64,000 bases of DNA from Escherichia coli (GTDB taxonomy: Bacteria > Pseudomonadota > Gammaproteobacteria > Enterobacterales > Enterobacteriaceae): NCBI RefSeq assembly GCF_024700885.2, contig NZ_CP117016.1. One strand, written 5' to 3'. This document shows positions 41,171-49,762 of the stretch, piece after piece (the stretch's first letter is position 1; every line of letters starts with the position of its first letter). Both the position numbers and the translations under genes were made by a program. Below the pieces are notes generated by a model. It worked only from the letters and a program-made list of their open reading frames with translations. It searched no databases and was not told the DNA's origin.

Positions 41171-42342
41171 TGGGGCTATACGATAAATATGCGCGCCTTG
41201 CTGGCGAGCGACTGCAATTTAGTGACAACGGGTTAACACCGTTTGGCACCTGTATTGATGAAGTGTATTCCGCCACCGAAGGTCGGATTGGCAATAAAAA
41301 AGTGATTCTGGCCGGGACCAATAATTATCTCGGTTTAACCTTTAATCATGATGCCATCGCCGAAGGTCAGGCAGCGTTAGCGGCCCAAGGCACCGGCACC
41401 ACCGGTTCTCGTATGGCAAACGGCAGTTATGCGCCGCATCTGGCGTTAGAGAAAGAGATCGCCGAGTTTTTTAATCGCCCTACCGCTATCGTTTTTTCAA
41501 CCGGTTATACCGCTAATTTAGGCGTCATCAGCGCACTTGCCGACCATAACGCCGTGGTGTTACTGGATGCCGACAGCCACGCCAGTATTTATGACGCCTG
41601 TTCTCTCGGTGGCGCGGAAATTATTCGTTTCCGCCATAACGATGCTAAAGATCTGGAACGGCGCATGGTTCGCCTCGGTGAACGGGCAAAAGAGGCGATT
41701 ATCATCGTTGAAGGCATCTACAGTATGCTCGGTGACGTTGCGCCGCTGGCGGAAATTGTTGATATCAAACGTCGTCTCGGTGGTTATTTGATTGTCGATG
41801 AAGCGCATTCGTTTGGCGTGTTAGGCGCAACGGGGCGCGGACTGGCTGAAGCCGTTGGCGTTGAAGATGATGTGGATATTATCGTTGGTACCTTCAGTAA
41901 AAGTCTGGCCTCGATTGGCGGTTTTGCTGTCGGTTCGGAAGCGATGGAAGTGTTGCGCTACGGCAGCCGCCCGTATATTTTTACCGCCTCTCCTTCTCCG
42001 TCCTGCATTGCGACCGTGCGCTCGTCGTTAAGAACCATTGCCTCACAACCAGAGTTGCGGCAAAAGCTGATGGATAATGCCAACCATCTGTATGACGGTC
42101 TGCAAAAACTGGATTATGAGTTAAGTTCACATATTAGCCCGGTAGTGCCAGTAATAATCGGTTCGAAAGAGGAAGGTTTACGCATCTGGCGCGAGCTTAT
42201 TTCGCTGGGCGTTTATGTGAATCTTATCCTGCCACCTGCCGCGCCTGCAGGCATCACGCTGCTGCGCTGTAGCGTAAACGCTGCCCACAGTCGTGAGCAA
42301 ATTGATGCCATCATTCAAGCGTTCGCTACTCTGAAGCAGTAA
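41170..42342 (+). CDS. PLP-dependent alpha-oxoamine synthase (serine palmitoyltransferase / 8-amino-7-oxononanoate synthase family)
   Basis: 390 aa; PLP-lysine motif GTFSKSLASIGGF and DEAHSFG motif typical of the AOS family; start overlaps the ACP stop. Confidence 0.8.
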   Translation: MGLYDKYARLAGERLQFSDNGLTPFGTCIDEVYSATEGRIGNKKVILAGTNNYLGLTFNHDAIAEGQAALAAQGTGTTGSRMANGSYAPHLALEKEIAEFFNRPTAIVFSTGYTANLGVISALADHNAVVLLDADSHASIYDACSLGGAEIIRFRHNDAKDLERRMVRLGERAKEAIIIVEGIYSMLGDVAPLAEIVDIKRRLGGYLIVDEAHSFGVLGATGRGLAEAVGVEDDVDIIVGTFSKSLASIGGFAVGSEAMEVLRYGSRPYIFTASPSPSCIATVRSSLRTIASQPELRQKLMDNANHLYDGLQKLDYELSSHISPVVPVIIGSKEEGLRIWRELISLGVYVNLILPPAAPAGITLLRCSVNAAHSREQIDAIIQAFATLKQ

Positions 42343-42348
42343 TGTGAG

Positions 42349-42378
42349 CCCGCTGTGGTGTTGCGCCACGGCGGGTTT
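42349..42378 (+). terminator. Rho-independent terminator at the end of the + strand biosynthetic operon, overlapping the 3' end of the convergent permease gene
   Basis: GC-rich inverted repeat cccgctgtgg-N7-ccacggcggg followed by TTT. Confidence 0.55.
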
Positions 42379-43456
42379 AATGTTGTCTGTCATACCAATA
42401 CACCAGGCTCAACGCCACCAGCACAAACGCTACCGGTAAACCGAGCGCGGTAACAGGTGCGCTCAACGCAAATAGCAATCCCAGATTGACCATGATTTGA
42501 TAGCTGATCCAGGTAAGTAAGCCCACGATGACGCCTACAGCGAGACGGCTACCCATCCCAGGCGAACGCGGGGCACTAAAGGTAAACGGCACAGCCAGCA
42601 AAATCATCGCCAGGGTCAGGATGGGTTGTCCCAGTTTTTCCCACAGTGCAAGGCGGTATTCGCTGCTGGGTTGCCCAGTTTCCTGCAAATAATGGATGTA
42701 ATGATTAAGTTGACGGACAGAAAAAGTATTTCCCGGCATCGATAACTCTTCAAGATTCATACTGGTGAAGGCCGATTGCCAGGCAAGATTATCTGATGTT
42801 TCCAGCGTTTCTTTGCCATTCAACCATTTTTTATGATTCACACCATGCAGGATCCATGTTTTGTCGTCTTCAATGGAGGCACTGCGTGCAAAAATGTAGG
42901 ATTCGAGCGAGAGATCGTCGCGATAATGAAATATCTCCACGCCCACAGGCTGGCCCTGCTCGTTCAGCGATTTCACCGTCACAAATTCATTACCGCGCCT
43001 GGCCCAAAGCATATTGCCGGTAATGTCATCGTCCTCCCCCAACGCGGTGGCAGTCGATTTGATTTGCAGCGCCTGTTGCTGCAATGGCGACGCCACCCAC
43101 TCATCTATCGCGCCTAACGAAACAGTCCACAATATCCCGGCAACCAGCGCCACCAGTGCAATACGGAAGATAGAAAACCCAGTGCTGCGAATGGCGGTAA
43201 GCTCACTGTTTTTCGATAACTGCCCCAGGCCAACAATCCCTCCCAATAATGCGATAAACGGCGAAAGTTCGACCAGTGTACGCGGTAAGGTCATCAGCAC
43301 CACCAGCACCGCCTGAGTCCAGCGATAACCGCCCGGGCTGACATCATCCAGTTCGTTAATCAGGTTGAAGGTGGTAAAAAGCGGCAGCAATAGCCCTGCG
43401 GCGGCGGCAAAACCGAGAAAGAGATGACGGATTAAATAGCGACTGAAAACATTCAT
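42377..43456 (-). CDS. LptG-like permease (YjgP/YjgQ family) paralogue
   Basis: About 359 aa from MNVFSRYLIRHLF; six-TM permease architecture with a periplasmic domain, as in LptF/LptG; start overlaps the upstream gene stop (ATGA). Confidence 0.7.
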   Translation of the reverse strand: MNVFSRYLIRHLFLGFAAAAGLLLPLFTTFNLINELDDVSPGGYRWTQAVLVVLMTLPRTLVELSPFIALLGGIVGLGQLSKNSELTAIRSTGFSIFRIALVALVAGILWTVSLGAIDEWVASPLQQQALQIKSTATALGEDDDITGNMLWARRGNEFVTVKSLNEQGQPVGVEIFHYRDDLSLESYIFARSASIEDDKTWILHGVNHKKWLNGKETLETSDNLAWQSAFTSMNLEELSMPGNTFSVRQLNHYIHYLQETGQPSSEYRLALWEKLGQPILTLAMILLAVPFTFSAPRSPGMGSRLAVGVIVGLLTWISYQIMVNLGLLFALSAPVTALGLPVAFVLVALSLVYWYDRQH

Positions 43457-44523
43457 CGGGAAAATTTCTGCAGCAAAGAGAAGTCGCGTGCGACCAGCAT
43501 CAGCAGGCCCATTAGCATGAGTCCGGGTACTAACCACAAACCAGGAATGAGGGGAATCGCGCCGTTAGCCACCAGCGTACGGCAGACGTCGCCGCCATAA
43601 AAAATGGCAATAAACAGCAACGTCAGTGGCAATAATGTTGAAAATCGCCCTTGCCGCGGTTTTACCCGACTTAATGAAATGGCCAGCAGCGCCATCAACA
43701 ATGCTGTCAGGCCACGGCTTTGTCGCCATTGCAGTTCGGCATGATCGGCTGGAAAGACGGAGCGCGCCAGCTCCGTGACCGATTTCGCTTTGCGTTTGAC
43801 GTTAGGGCTTTGATCCAGCGGATTCAGATGTAATTGCAGATTACGGTAGATCTGTTCGTTGTCGTCACGCCCCTGATGATCGAGAAGATAGGCAGTGCCG
43901 TTGTGCAACATAACAGTCGGTTTCTCAGGTGATGGGTCAACCACATCAACCGAACGGGCGCGGAAAATGCGGGTTCGATTGGCAGTAGAAGTATAAATCA
44001 GCGCGTCAGTCAGGCGATTATTATCCTGATCAACCGTCTGCGAAAGGATCATTCGTCCGTTATCGTTAGTGTTAAATTTCTTTGCCCGCAACTGGCGAAC
44101 ATCCAGCTCCGACTGTGACTGTTGCTCCAGTTGATAAATCTGCGCATAAGCCCACGGACGACCATACATCGACAGAAGGGTGACAAAAATACTTAGCGGT
44201 ATCGCCAGATAAAGAACGGCTTTGTACAAGCGTCCCGGACTGCCCCCCGCCGCGGAGATAGCGGTAATTTCCGAGTCGGTATACATTTGCCCTAGCGTCA
44301 CGCCAACTGAAGCATATAGTCCAACAGGTAACAGCATCTCCAGTGCAATCAGCACTTTGTAGAAAACGATATCCAGCACAACATCAAGAGCTAATGTCCC
44401 ATTTGCCGCTTCGGTCAGATAACGCTGTGCGGAGTAGCTGGCGAAAATAAAGATCAGAAACCCGACGATAATCAGCACCAGACGGCGCGTACCACGCATG
44501 ATGTAGTGTTCAACCAGCTTCAT
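43453..44523 (-). CDS. LptF-like permease (YjgP/YjgQ family) paralogue
   Basis: 356 aa; N-terminus MKLVEHYIMRGTRRLVLIIVGFLIF resembles LptF/LptG N-termini; paired with the downstream LptG-like gene. Confidence 0.7.
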   Translation of the reverse strand: MKLVEHYIMRGTRRLVLIIVGFLIFIFASYSAQRYLTEAANGTLALDVVLDIVFYKVLIALEMLLPVGLYASVGVTLGQMYTDSEITAISAAGGSPGRLYKAVLYLAIPLSIFVTLLSMYGRPWAYAQIYQLEQQSQSELDVRQLRAKKFNTNDNGRMILSQTVDQDNNRLTDALIYTSTANRTRIFRARSVDVVDPSPEKPTVMLHNGTAYLLDHQGRDDNEQIYRNLQLHLNPLDQSPNVKRKAKSVTELARSVFPADHAELQWRQSRGLTALLMALLAISLSRVKPRQGRFSTLLPLTLLFIAIFYGGDVCRTLVANGAIPLIPGLWLVPGLMLMGLLMLVARDFSLLQKFSR

Positions 44524-44553
44524 CTCGCTAACGCCCTAAATCCTTTGAATTTT

Positions 44554-45117
44554 TTATTCATTGATCAGTTTCTGCGCCAGCGCAATGACATGATCTACCT
44601 CTTCCGGCGTCAGGCTGCCGTCCTTTGCCCACTGAATTTGCCCGTCTTTATTCAGCACCAGAATGGTTGAACTCTGCTCCGGCAACCGCCAGGCAACGCG
44701 TCCCAGTCCATTGCCGTCAATAACGAATTGCGCCCACGGATAGCGGCGTTTATTTTTTTCGATTTTGCCAACGACAAAATAGCCAGTACCAAAGATGGCA
44801 TCATCGGTGTTCACAATGGTGGTGGGCTGAAAACGATCCTGCGGAAAGTTTGCCGCTTCAACCGCTTTAATTAACAGTGAGTTCTTTTTCTTCGCCGACT
44901 TACGCCCGGCGATATACTGAATAATGCGGACTTTTCCCGCCAGCTGTGTGCTGTTCCACTTTTGGTAGTGAATTTCGTCGTCGCTATTCAGAAGCAACTC
45001 ACCGCCTTCCTGGATATAAACAGGGGTAACCGTTTTGCCAGTGACGAAATTGTGTGCCTGCACACCCGGGGCTAAGAGCATGATAATCAGCGCAATAATC
45101 AAACGAGATGACATCAT
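44554..45117 (-). CDS. Periplasmic protein with signal peptide (possibly YtfJ-like family)
   Basis: 187 aa; cleavable signal MMSSRLIIALIIMLLAPGVQA; family assignment tentative. Confidence 0.5.
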   Translation of the reverse strand: MMSSRLIIALIIMLLAPGVQAHNFVTGKTVTPVYIQEGGELLLNSDDEIHYQKWNSTQLAGKVRIIQYIAGRKSAKKKNSLLIKAVEAANFPQDRFQPTTIVNTDDAIFGTGYFVVGKIEKNKRRYPWAQFVIDGNGLGRVAWRLPEQSSTILVLNKDGQIQWAKDGSLTPEEVDHVIALAQKLINE

Positions 45118-45125
45118 TGCTCCGG

Positions 45126-45950
45126 TTATAGCGGAAAACGCGAAATCAGCAGCTCTAAGCGCTGGCGAATATCGCTATCCAGCGCCACCGGTGCATCATA
45201 CGACTGGCGGTTTTCCATATCATCCGCCACCATGTCGTCGTGTTTATCCCCCATCAGGCCATTAATGGCGGCGAGGAAGCGGGAAATCTGTAACGCTTCT
45301 TTATTTTCAGGATCAAGCGATCTTAAGGTGTCGTAATAAGAAACCTGCTGGCTGATGATTTTTCGCACATCATGAAATTCCCTGCCGGTTAGTCGCGGTT
45401 TGGCAATTATCTCTTTCAGGGTATGCATTTGCTTTTGCCGATAGGCAATAAAACCGCTTACGCTTTCTAACTGGCTATGGCGTAATGAATAGTTCACCAA
45501 CGACCAGACCGGAGAGCTTAAATAAACCCGTAACAGGTTGCCGTAATACGACACAATATTTTTCTTACCGTTACGAAAGCCGTCCTGAAAACGCCCCAAA
45601 AAAACGGTCGTTTTGCCGAATAAAAATCCGGCCTGATGCTTCTTTAAATACAGCCGTTGCGCAAAGCGCAGATGCTTGTAGCGCGCTCGCATGTATTTAT
45701 ACTTTTTGCGCTCGTCTGTCGTCAGTTCATCGCCTTTCGCCTGTTTGCGGATTAAACGCAGTAGCTCCTGACGATTAACACCATCCAGCCAGAATTTCAG
45801 GCATAACGCGTAATTATCATGGATGATTTCGGTGGTACAACTTAGTGCGATAGTCGGCGGCAAACTGACCTGTGCATCAACGACATCATCTTCTTCAATC
45901 GCAACAAATAGACGCTCGCTAGCCTCAAGCGGGAAATATTTTCTCATCAT
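45126..45950 (-). CDS. Hypothetical cytoplasmic protein, basic and Lys/Arg-rich
   Basis: 274-aa ORF tightly packed between the flippase gene and the periplasmic protein gene; no motif recognised by eye. Confidence 0.5.
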   Translation of the reverse strand: MMRKYFPLEASERLFVAIEEDDVVDAQVSLPPTIALSCTTEIIHDNYALCLKFWLDGVNRQELLRLIRKQAKGDELTTDERKKYKYMRARYKHLRFAQRLYLKKHQAGFLFGKTTVFLGRFQDGFRNGKKNIVSYYGNLLRVYLSSPVWSLVNYSLRHSQLESVSGFIAYRQKQMHTLKEIIAKPRLTGREFHDVRKIISQQVSYYDTLRSLDPENKEALQISRFLAAINGLMGDKHDDMVADDMENRQSYDAPVALDSDIRQRLELLISRFPL

Positions 45951-47299
45951 CAGGATTTCTCTCCGGCTGCGTTATAAAGCAAGGAATGGCGCTGAAAAAA
46001 TGCCTTTAAGGTTGGAATTAGCGAGAGCACCACATCCAGACATTGCCCAGCGAAGTAAGCAAATGCAGCCCCCAGCACGCCAAACAGATGACAGAACATG
46101 AACAGCAATACGATGTAGCCGATTGAGGCGATGGTTTGCGCCACGAGAAAAGCACGCTGTTTTCCCGCCATCAATAGCAATGACTCCTGTGGGAAGCCCA
46201 GCATTGAAATCACAATTGCGCCTAGCATCACCTGAATCAGGTCATACGCTTCGAGATACTTAACGCCAAACACCAGCGAAATGAGTGGCTTGCCGACGAT
46301 CAACACCACGAGCGCCACCAGAATACCGATTCCGCCCGCCAGTAAACCGGACTTCACGCCTAACAACCACGGCCTGGTGGTGCGCGGATCTAAACGCATC
46401 ACCTCTGGGTAAAAACTTTTACCCAGCAAACCCGCTGGCGTTCCGGCGGCGTCGAAGAATGTCATGGCGATTTTAAATAACCCGGCGGCAGCGGGTCCTA
46501 ACACGATCCCCACCAACACTGTGCTGCACGAGTTACGCGCCGACCAGATGGAGTGGGCAATGTTGGTTGACCAGACAAAACTCCACGCGCCTTTAATGTG
46601 TCGGGCAGACTCAAACAGATTCAATTTGAAGGCGTTATGGATATTTCTGCGGCGTAATTCGCGCGCGGCAAACCACCAGTACATGGTGCCGCCAACCAGA
46701 TTCGATGCGTACCAGGCAATAACAAAACCCGCAAAACCAAAATCAAAATACCAGGCTACGACGCTCCCCGCTGCGCGCAGAAAAGGTTTCGTCGCCTGCT
46801 GTACAGCAATCAAATCGAAGCGATCTACCGCACGCAGAATGCCGGTCGGCGTGGAGGAAGCCATTGAAGGAATGAGCGTGCAATACAGCGCTGCCAGCCA
46901 AAAGCTTTGGTCATCCAGACCTAATGAATGGGAAAGAAAAGGGAGTAAGGCAATGCCGCCGACAATCGCCACCGCGCCGCTGACGATATCCAGCGAGAAG
47001 GAAAATGAGACGACATTGCGGAATTGCTGCGGATTATTGTTGGTTAATGCTGGTGTTCCGTACTGCACCACCAACTGCCATGTCTGAAACTTAATAAAAT
47101 CGCTGATCGACTTGGCGTACGATTGCACAATCACCAGTACGCCAAACATGGCGGGCGTCATCCCTTTACCGGCACACGAGAGCGCCAACAGACCTAGCAA
47201 GGCGCTCACGACATTACTGGAGCCTAACCAGGCGCTATTGCGAATAATGGTGCGAAACGCGCCATCTGCAAACCAATGTTTGATGTTAAAACCCGCCAA
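45950..47299 (-). CDS. yghQ: MOP-superfamily (Wzx-like) polytopic flippase/exporter
   Basis: 449-aa ORF, highly hydrophobic with many predicted TM helices; I recall the K-12 counterpart as yghQ; start codon uncertain. Confidence 0.65.
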   Translation of the reverse strand: MAGFNIKHWFADGAFRTIIRNSAWLGSSNVVSALLGLLALSCAGKGMTPAMFGVLVIVQSYAKSISDFIKFQTWQLVVQYGTPALTNNNPQQFRNVVSFSFSLDIVSGAVAIVGGIALLPFLSHSLGLDDQSFWLAALYCTLIPSMASSTPTGILRAVDRFDLIAVQQATKPFLRAAGSVVAWYFDFGFAGFVIAWYASNLVGGTMYWWFAARELRRRNIHNAFKLNLFESARHIKGAWSFVWSTNIAHSIWSARNSCSTVLVGIVLGPAAAGLFKIAMTFFDAAGTPAGLLGKSFYPEVMRLDPRTTRPWLLGVKSGLLAGGIGILVALVVLIVGKPLISLVFGVKYLEAYDLIQVMLGAIVISMLGFPQESLLLMAGKQRAFLVAQTIASIGYIVLLFMFCHLFGVLGAAFAYFAGQCLDVVLSLIPTLKAFFQRHSLLYNAAGEKS

Positions 47300-47344
47300 T
47301 TCAGCCTGACCTTATCGTTGATAGTAAAAAGTATCCCGCCAGCC

Positions 47345-48103
47345 TTAAGTTAAACTTCGGCGGTCAGAAACGATGGCAACCAGAGAAACCGCCTTCTGTG
47401 CCTGTTCCAGCACTTCGCTGTAGGGCGCTCTGGAATCAATCTCAAGAATTTTTGTGCCGTTATAGCCAATCGTCGACATGACGCCGATTTTGTCCTGCAG
47501 CTCGGCATAGTCATGGTCAGGCTTGCGGGAGATGGCAGTATCAATATCAATCCCCAAACGAATGATTAATTCAGGACGGTATTGCGCCATTTTTTGGTAT
47601 AAACGCCGTTCGCGCTGCGCCAGAAACATGCTGATTTTCCCGGTCGCACGTTCGACGCCGATCCCCGGTCCGTCATAATAAAAGCCCGAAATTTCAGCCT
47701 GCGGGAAGCGATCGCTGACCACCAGAACGCCACTTTGCGCCAGTCGCTGAACCTTGCGTAGATTCGCCATTCTTCGCAGCGAGAAGCAGTACATAATCAC
47801 CGCCGCCCATAGCGCTGGAGATTTGGTTTTCATGCTTTGGGTTTTCGAGGATTTGGCCGCCAGTCGCCGTTCGAGCCAGACGCCAACCAACGGCAATCGT
47901 TTGATTGTGTCGCCGTCTTCGCCCGAGAGCAGCCCCAGATAGCGCCGCTCGGTTTGCCAGTGTTGTTGCAGCGATTTCACCAGGTCGGTGGTCAGTGTGG
48001 ATTTACCGGTGCCATCACACCCGACCACCGCAATCAGCCCCGGAATGTAGTTGGGCTGCGGCACGGTTGTACTATTAACAGTTTGTGTTTGTAGTGCATC
48101 CAT
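47345..48103 (-). CDS. yghR: P-loop NTPase, kinase-like (YghR/S/T family)
   Basis: 252 aa; N-proximal Walker A VVGCDGTGKST; DRF motif; no ABC signature motif seen. Confidence 0.7.
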   Translation of the reverse strand: MDALQTQTVNSTTVPQPNYIPGLIAVVGCDGTGKSTLTTDLVKSLQQHWQTERRYLGLLSGEDGDTIKRLPLVGVWLERRLAAKSSKTQSMKTKSPALWAAVIMYCFSLRRMANLRKVQRLAQSGVLVVSDRFPQAEISGFYYDGPGIGVERATGKISMFLAQRERRLYQKMAQYRPELIIRLGIDIDTAISRKPDHDYAELQDKIGVMSTIGYNGTKILEIDSRAPYSEVLEQAQKAVSLVAIVSDRRSLT

Positions 48104-48134
48104 TCGTTAAATCATCCCCTATCCATTTTGGTGA

Positions 48135-48848
48135 TCAGGAAAGCACGGCGTGAATTGCGCGTAGTGACGCTTGCATAATTTCATCGGCTGGTTGCCGACC
48201 ATCCAGTTCAAGGATCTTTGCGCCATTGAATGTCAGTTGCGGCGTAACGGCGATTTTTTCCTGTAACGCTGCCAGTTGGTGGTCAGGTTTACGCGAAAAC
48301 GCGGTTTGTTCATCAATGCCAAGACGAATCAACAATACGGGCAAATAAGACGCCATCCATTGGTACAGCTTCAGCTCGCGCTGCCTTAACATTTTTATCC
48401 AACCGTTACCGCCCGTGGTTTTTGCCAATTGCGGGCCATCAAAGCGAAAACCCGGCACTTCAACCTGCGGGTAGCGGTCGGTGATGAGCAGATAGCCTTG
48501 CTGGCTTTTACACAACATTTTGCGAAACTTATACGCCCGCCAGCAGGAAAGCAGATAGATAACCAGCGCAGTAATATTGCCAGGCGGTGTTGAGGGCTTT
48601 TCGTGCACATGTGCCGCTTTACTTCGCAGATAACGCCCAAAAGGTGCGCCAATAACAGGGAGCTGTGAAATCCATTCGCCAATTCGCCCGGACGATTGCC
48701 CGAGATAAATGTGTTCTGTTGGCATTCTTGCTGCCAGTTCATTTACCAGGCTTGCCGTGAGGGTCGATTTACCTGAACCATCACATCCTACAATGGCAAT
48801 AACACGCACTGGCGTGGAATTAATTATTGACATATTACGTTGATTCAC
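48135..48848 (-). CDS. yghS: P-loop NTPase, kinase-like (YghR/S/T family paralogue)
   Basis: 237 aa; Walker A IVGCDGSGKST; DRYP motif; same architecture as yghR. Confidence 0.7.
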   Translation of the reverse strand: MNQRNMSIINSTPVRVIAIVGCDGSGKSTLTASLVNELAARMPTEHIYLGQSSGRIGEWISQLPVIGAPFGRYLRSKAAHVHEKPSTPPGNITALVIYLLSCWRAYKFRKMLCKSQQGYLLITDRYPQVEVPGFRFDGPQLAKTTGGNGWIKMLRQRELKLYQWMASYLPVLLIRLGIDEQTAFSRKPDHQLAALQEKIAVTPQLTFNGAKILELDGRQPADEIMQASLRAIHAVLS

Positions 48849-49021
48849 GAAAAACCCGGCAGCAAATAATGTATTGAATATTACGTGGTCCGTGCTCAGA
48901 ATATCCGTTCAACCTTATTGTGACAATGGTTAATTGTGACATTGACCTGAATTACGCTTTCATAAAAACATATTAACCAAATAAATATTTTTAATGGATA
49001 TTCAAATTAAAGGATATATTC

Positions 49022-49714
49022 ATGCAGTCAATAACACCTCCATTAATTGCCGTTATTGGTAGCGATGGTTCAGGCAAGTCAACGGTGTGTGAACATCTCA
49101 TTACCGTTGTCGAAAAATATGGTGCTGCCGAAAGAGTTCATTTAGGAAAACAAGCCGGAAATGTCGGTCGTGCAGTGACAAAATTACCGTTGATGGGAAA
49201 ATCCTTACATAAAACAATTGAACGAAATCAGGTGAAAACAGCAAAAAAATTGCCTGGCCCTGTTCCGGCGCTGGTAATTACAGCGTTTGTCGCCCGTCGC
49301 TTACTGCGCTTTCGTCATATGCTTGCCTGTCGTCGTCGCGGGTTAATTGTTCTAACCGACCGTTATCCTCAGGACCAAATTCCTGGCGCTTACGATGGTA
49401 CAGTGTTCCCACCTAACGTTGAAGGCGGCCGGTTTGTCTCATGGCTGGCAAGCCAGGAACGTAAAGCATTTCACTGGATGGCGAGCCATAAGCCTGATCT
49501 GGTCATCAAACTCAATGTTGACCTTGAAGTTGCCTGCGCGCGTAAACCCGACCATAAACGGGAATCGCTGGCGAGGAAGATTGCAATAACGCCACAGTTA
49601 ACCTTTGGTGGTGCACAACTGGTTGATATCGATGCCAATCAGCCACTGGAAAAGGTGCTGGTTGATGCAGAAAAAGCGATTACGGATTTTATGACCGCGC
49701 GTGGTTATCACTAG
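49022..49714 (+). CDS. yghT: P-loop NTPase, kinase-like (YghR/S/T family paralogue)
   Basis: 230 aa; Walker [16 protein letters not shown] motif; divergent from yghS. Confidence 0.7.
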   Translation: MQSITPPLIAVIGSDGSGKSTVCEHLITVVEKYGAAERVHLGKQAGNVGRAVTKLPLMGKSLHKTIERNQVKTAKKLPGPVPALVITAFVARRLLRFRHMLACRRRGLIVLTDRYPQDQIPGAYDGTVFPPNVEGGRFVSWLASQERKAFHWMASHKPDLVIKLNVDLEVACARKPDHKRESLARKIAITPQLTFGGAQLVDIDANQPLEKVLVDAEKAITDFMTARGYH

Positions 49715-49727
49715 CCAAAAATGGAAA

Positions 49728-49754
49728 TGCCCGATCGCCAGGACCGGGCATTTT
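49728..49754. terminator. Bidirectional stem-loop terminator between convergent yghT and pitB
   Basis: tgcccg-N11-cgggca followed by TTTT on + and by a T-rich tract on -. Confidence 0.5.
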
Positions 49755-49762
49755 CAGGAAGG

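Noticed and set aside
47345-49714. Possibility that yghR/yghS/yghT are the missing ABC ATPase subunits for the LptF/LptG-like permeases
   Set aside because: None shows an ABC signature (LSGGQ-like) motif or the usual ABC spacing of Walker A/B; the DR(F/Y)P motif after the P-loop fits small kinases better. The idea is kept only as a minor alternative within the relevant finding.
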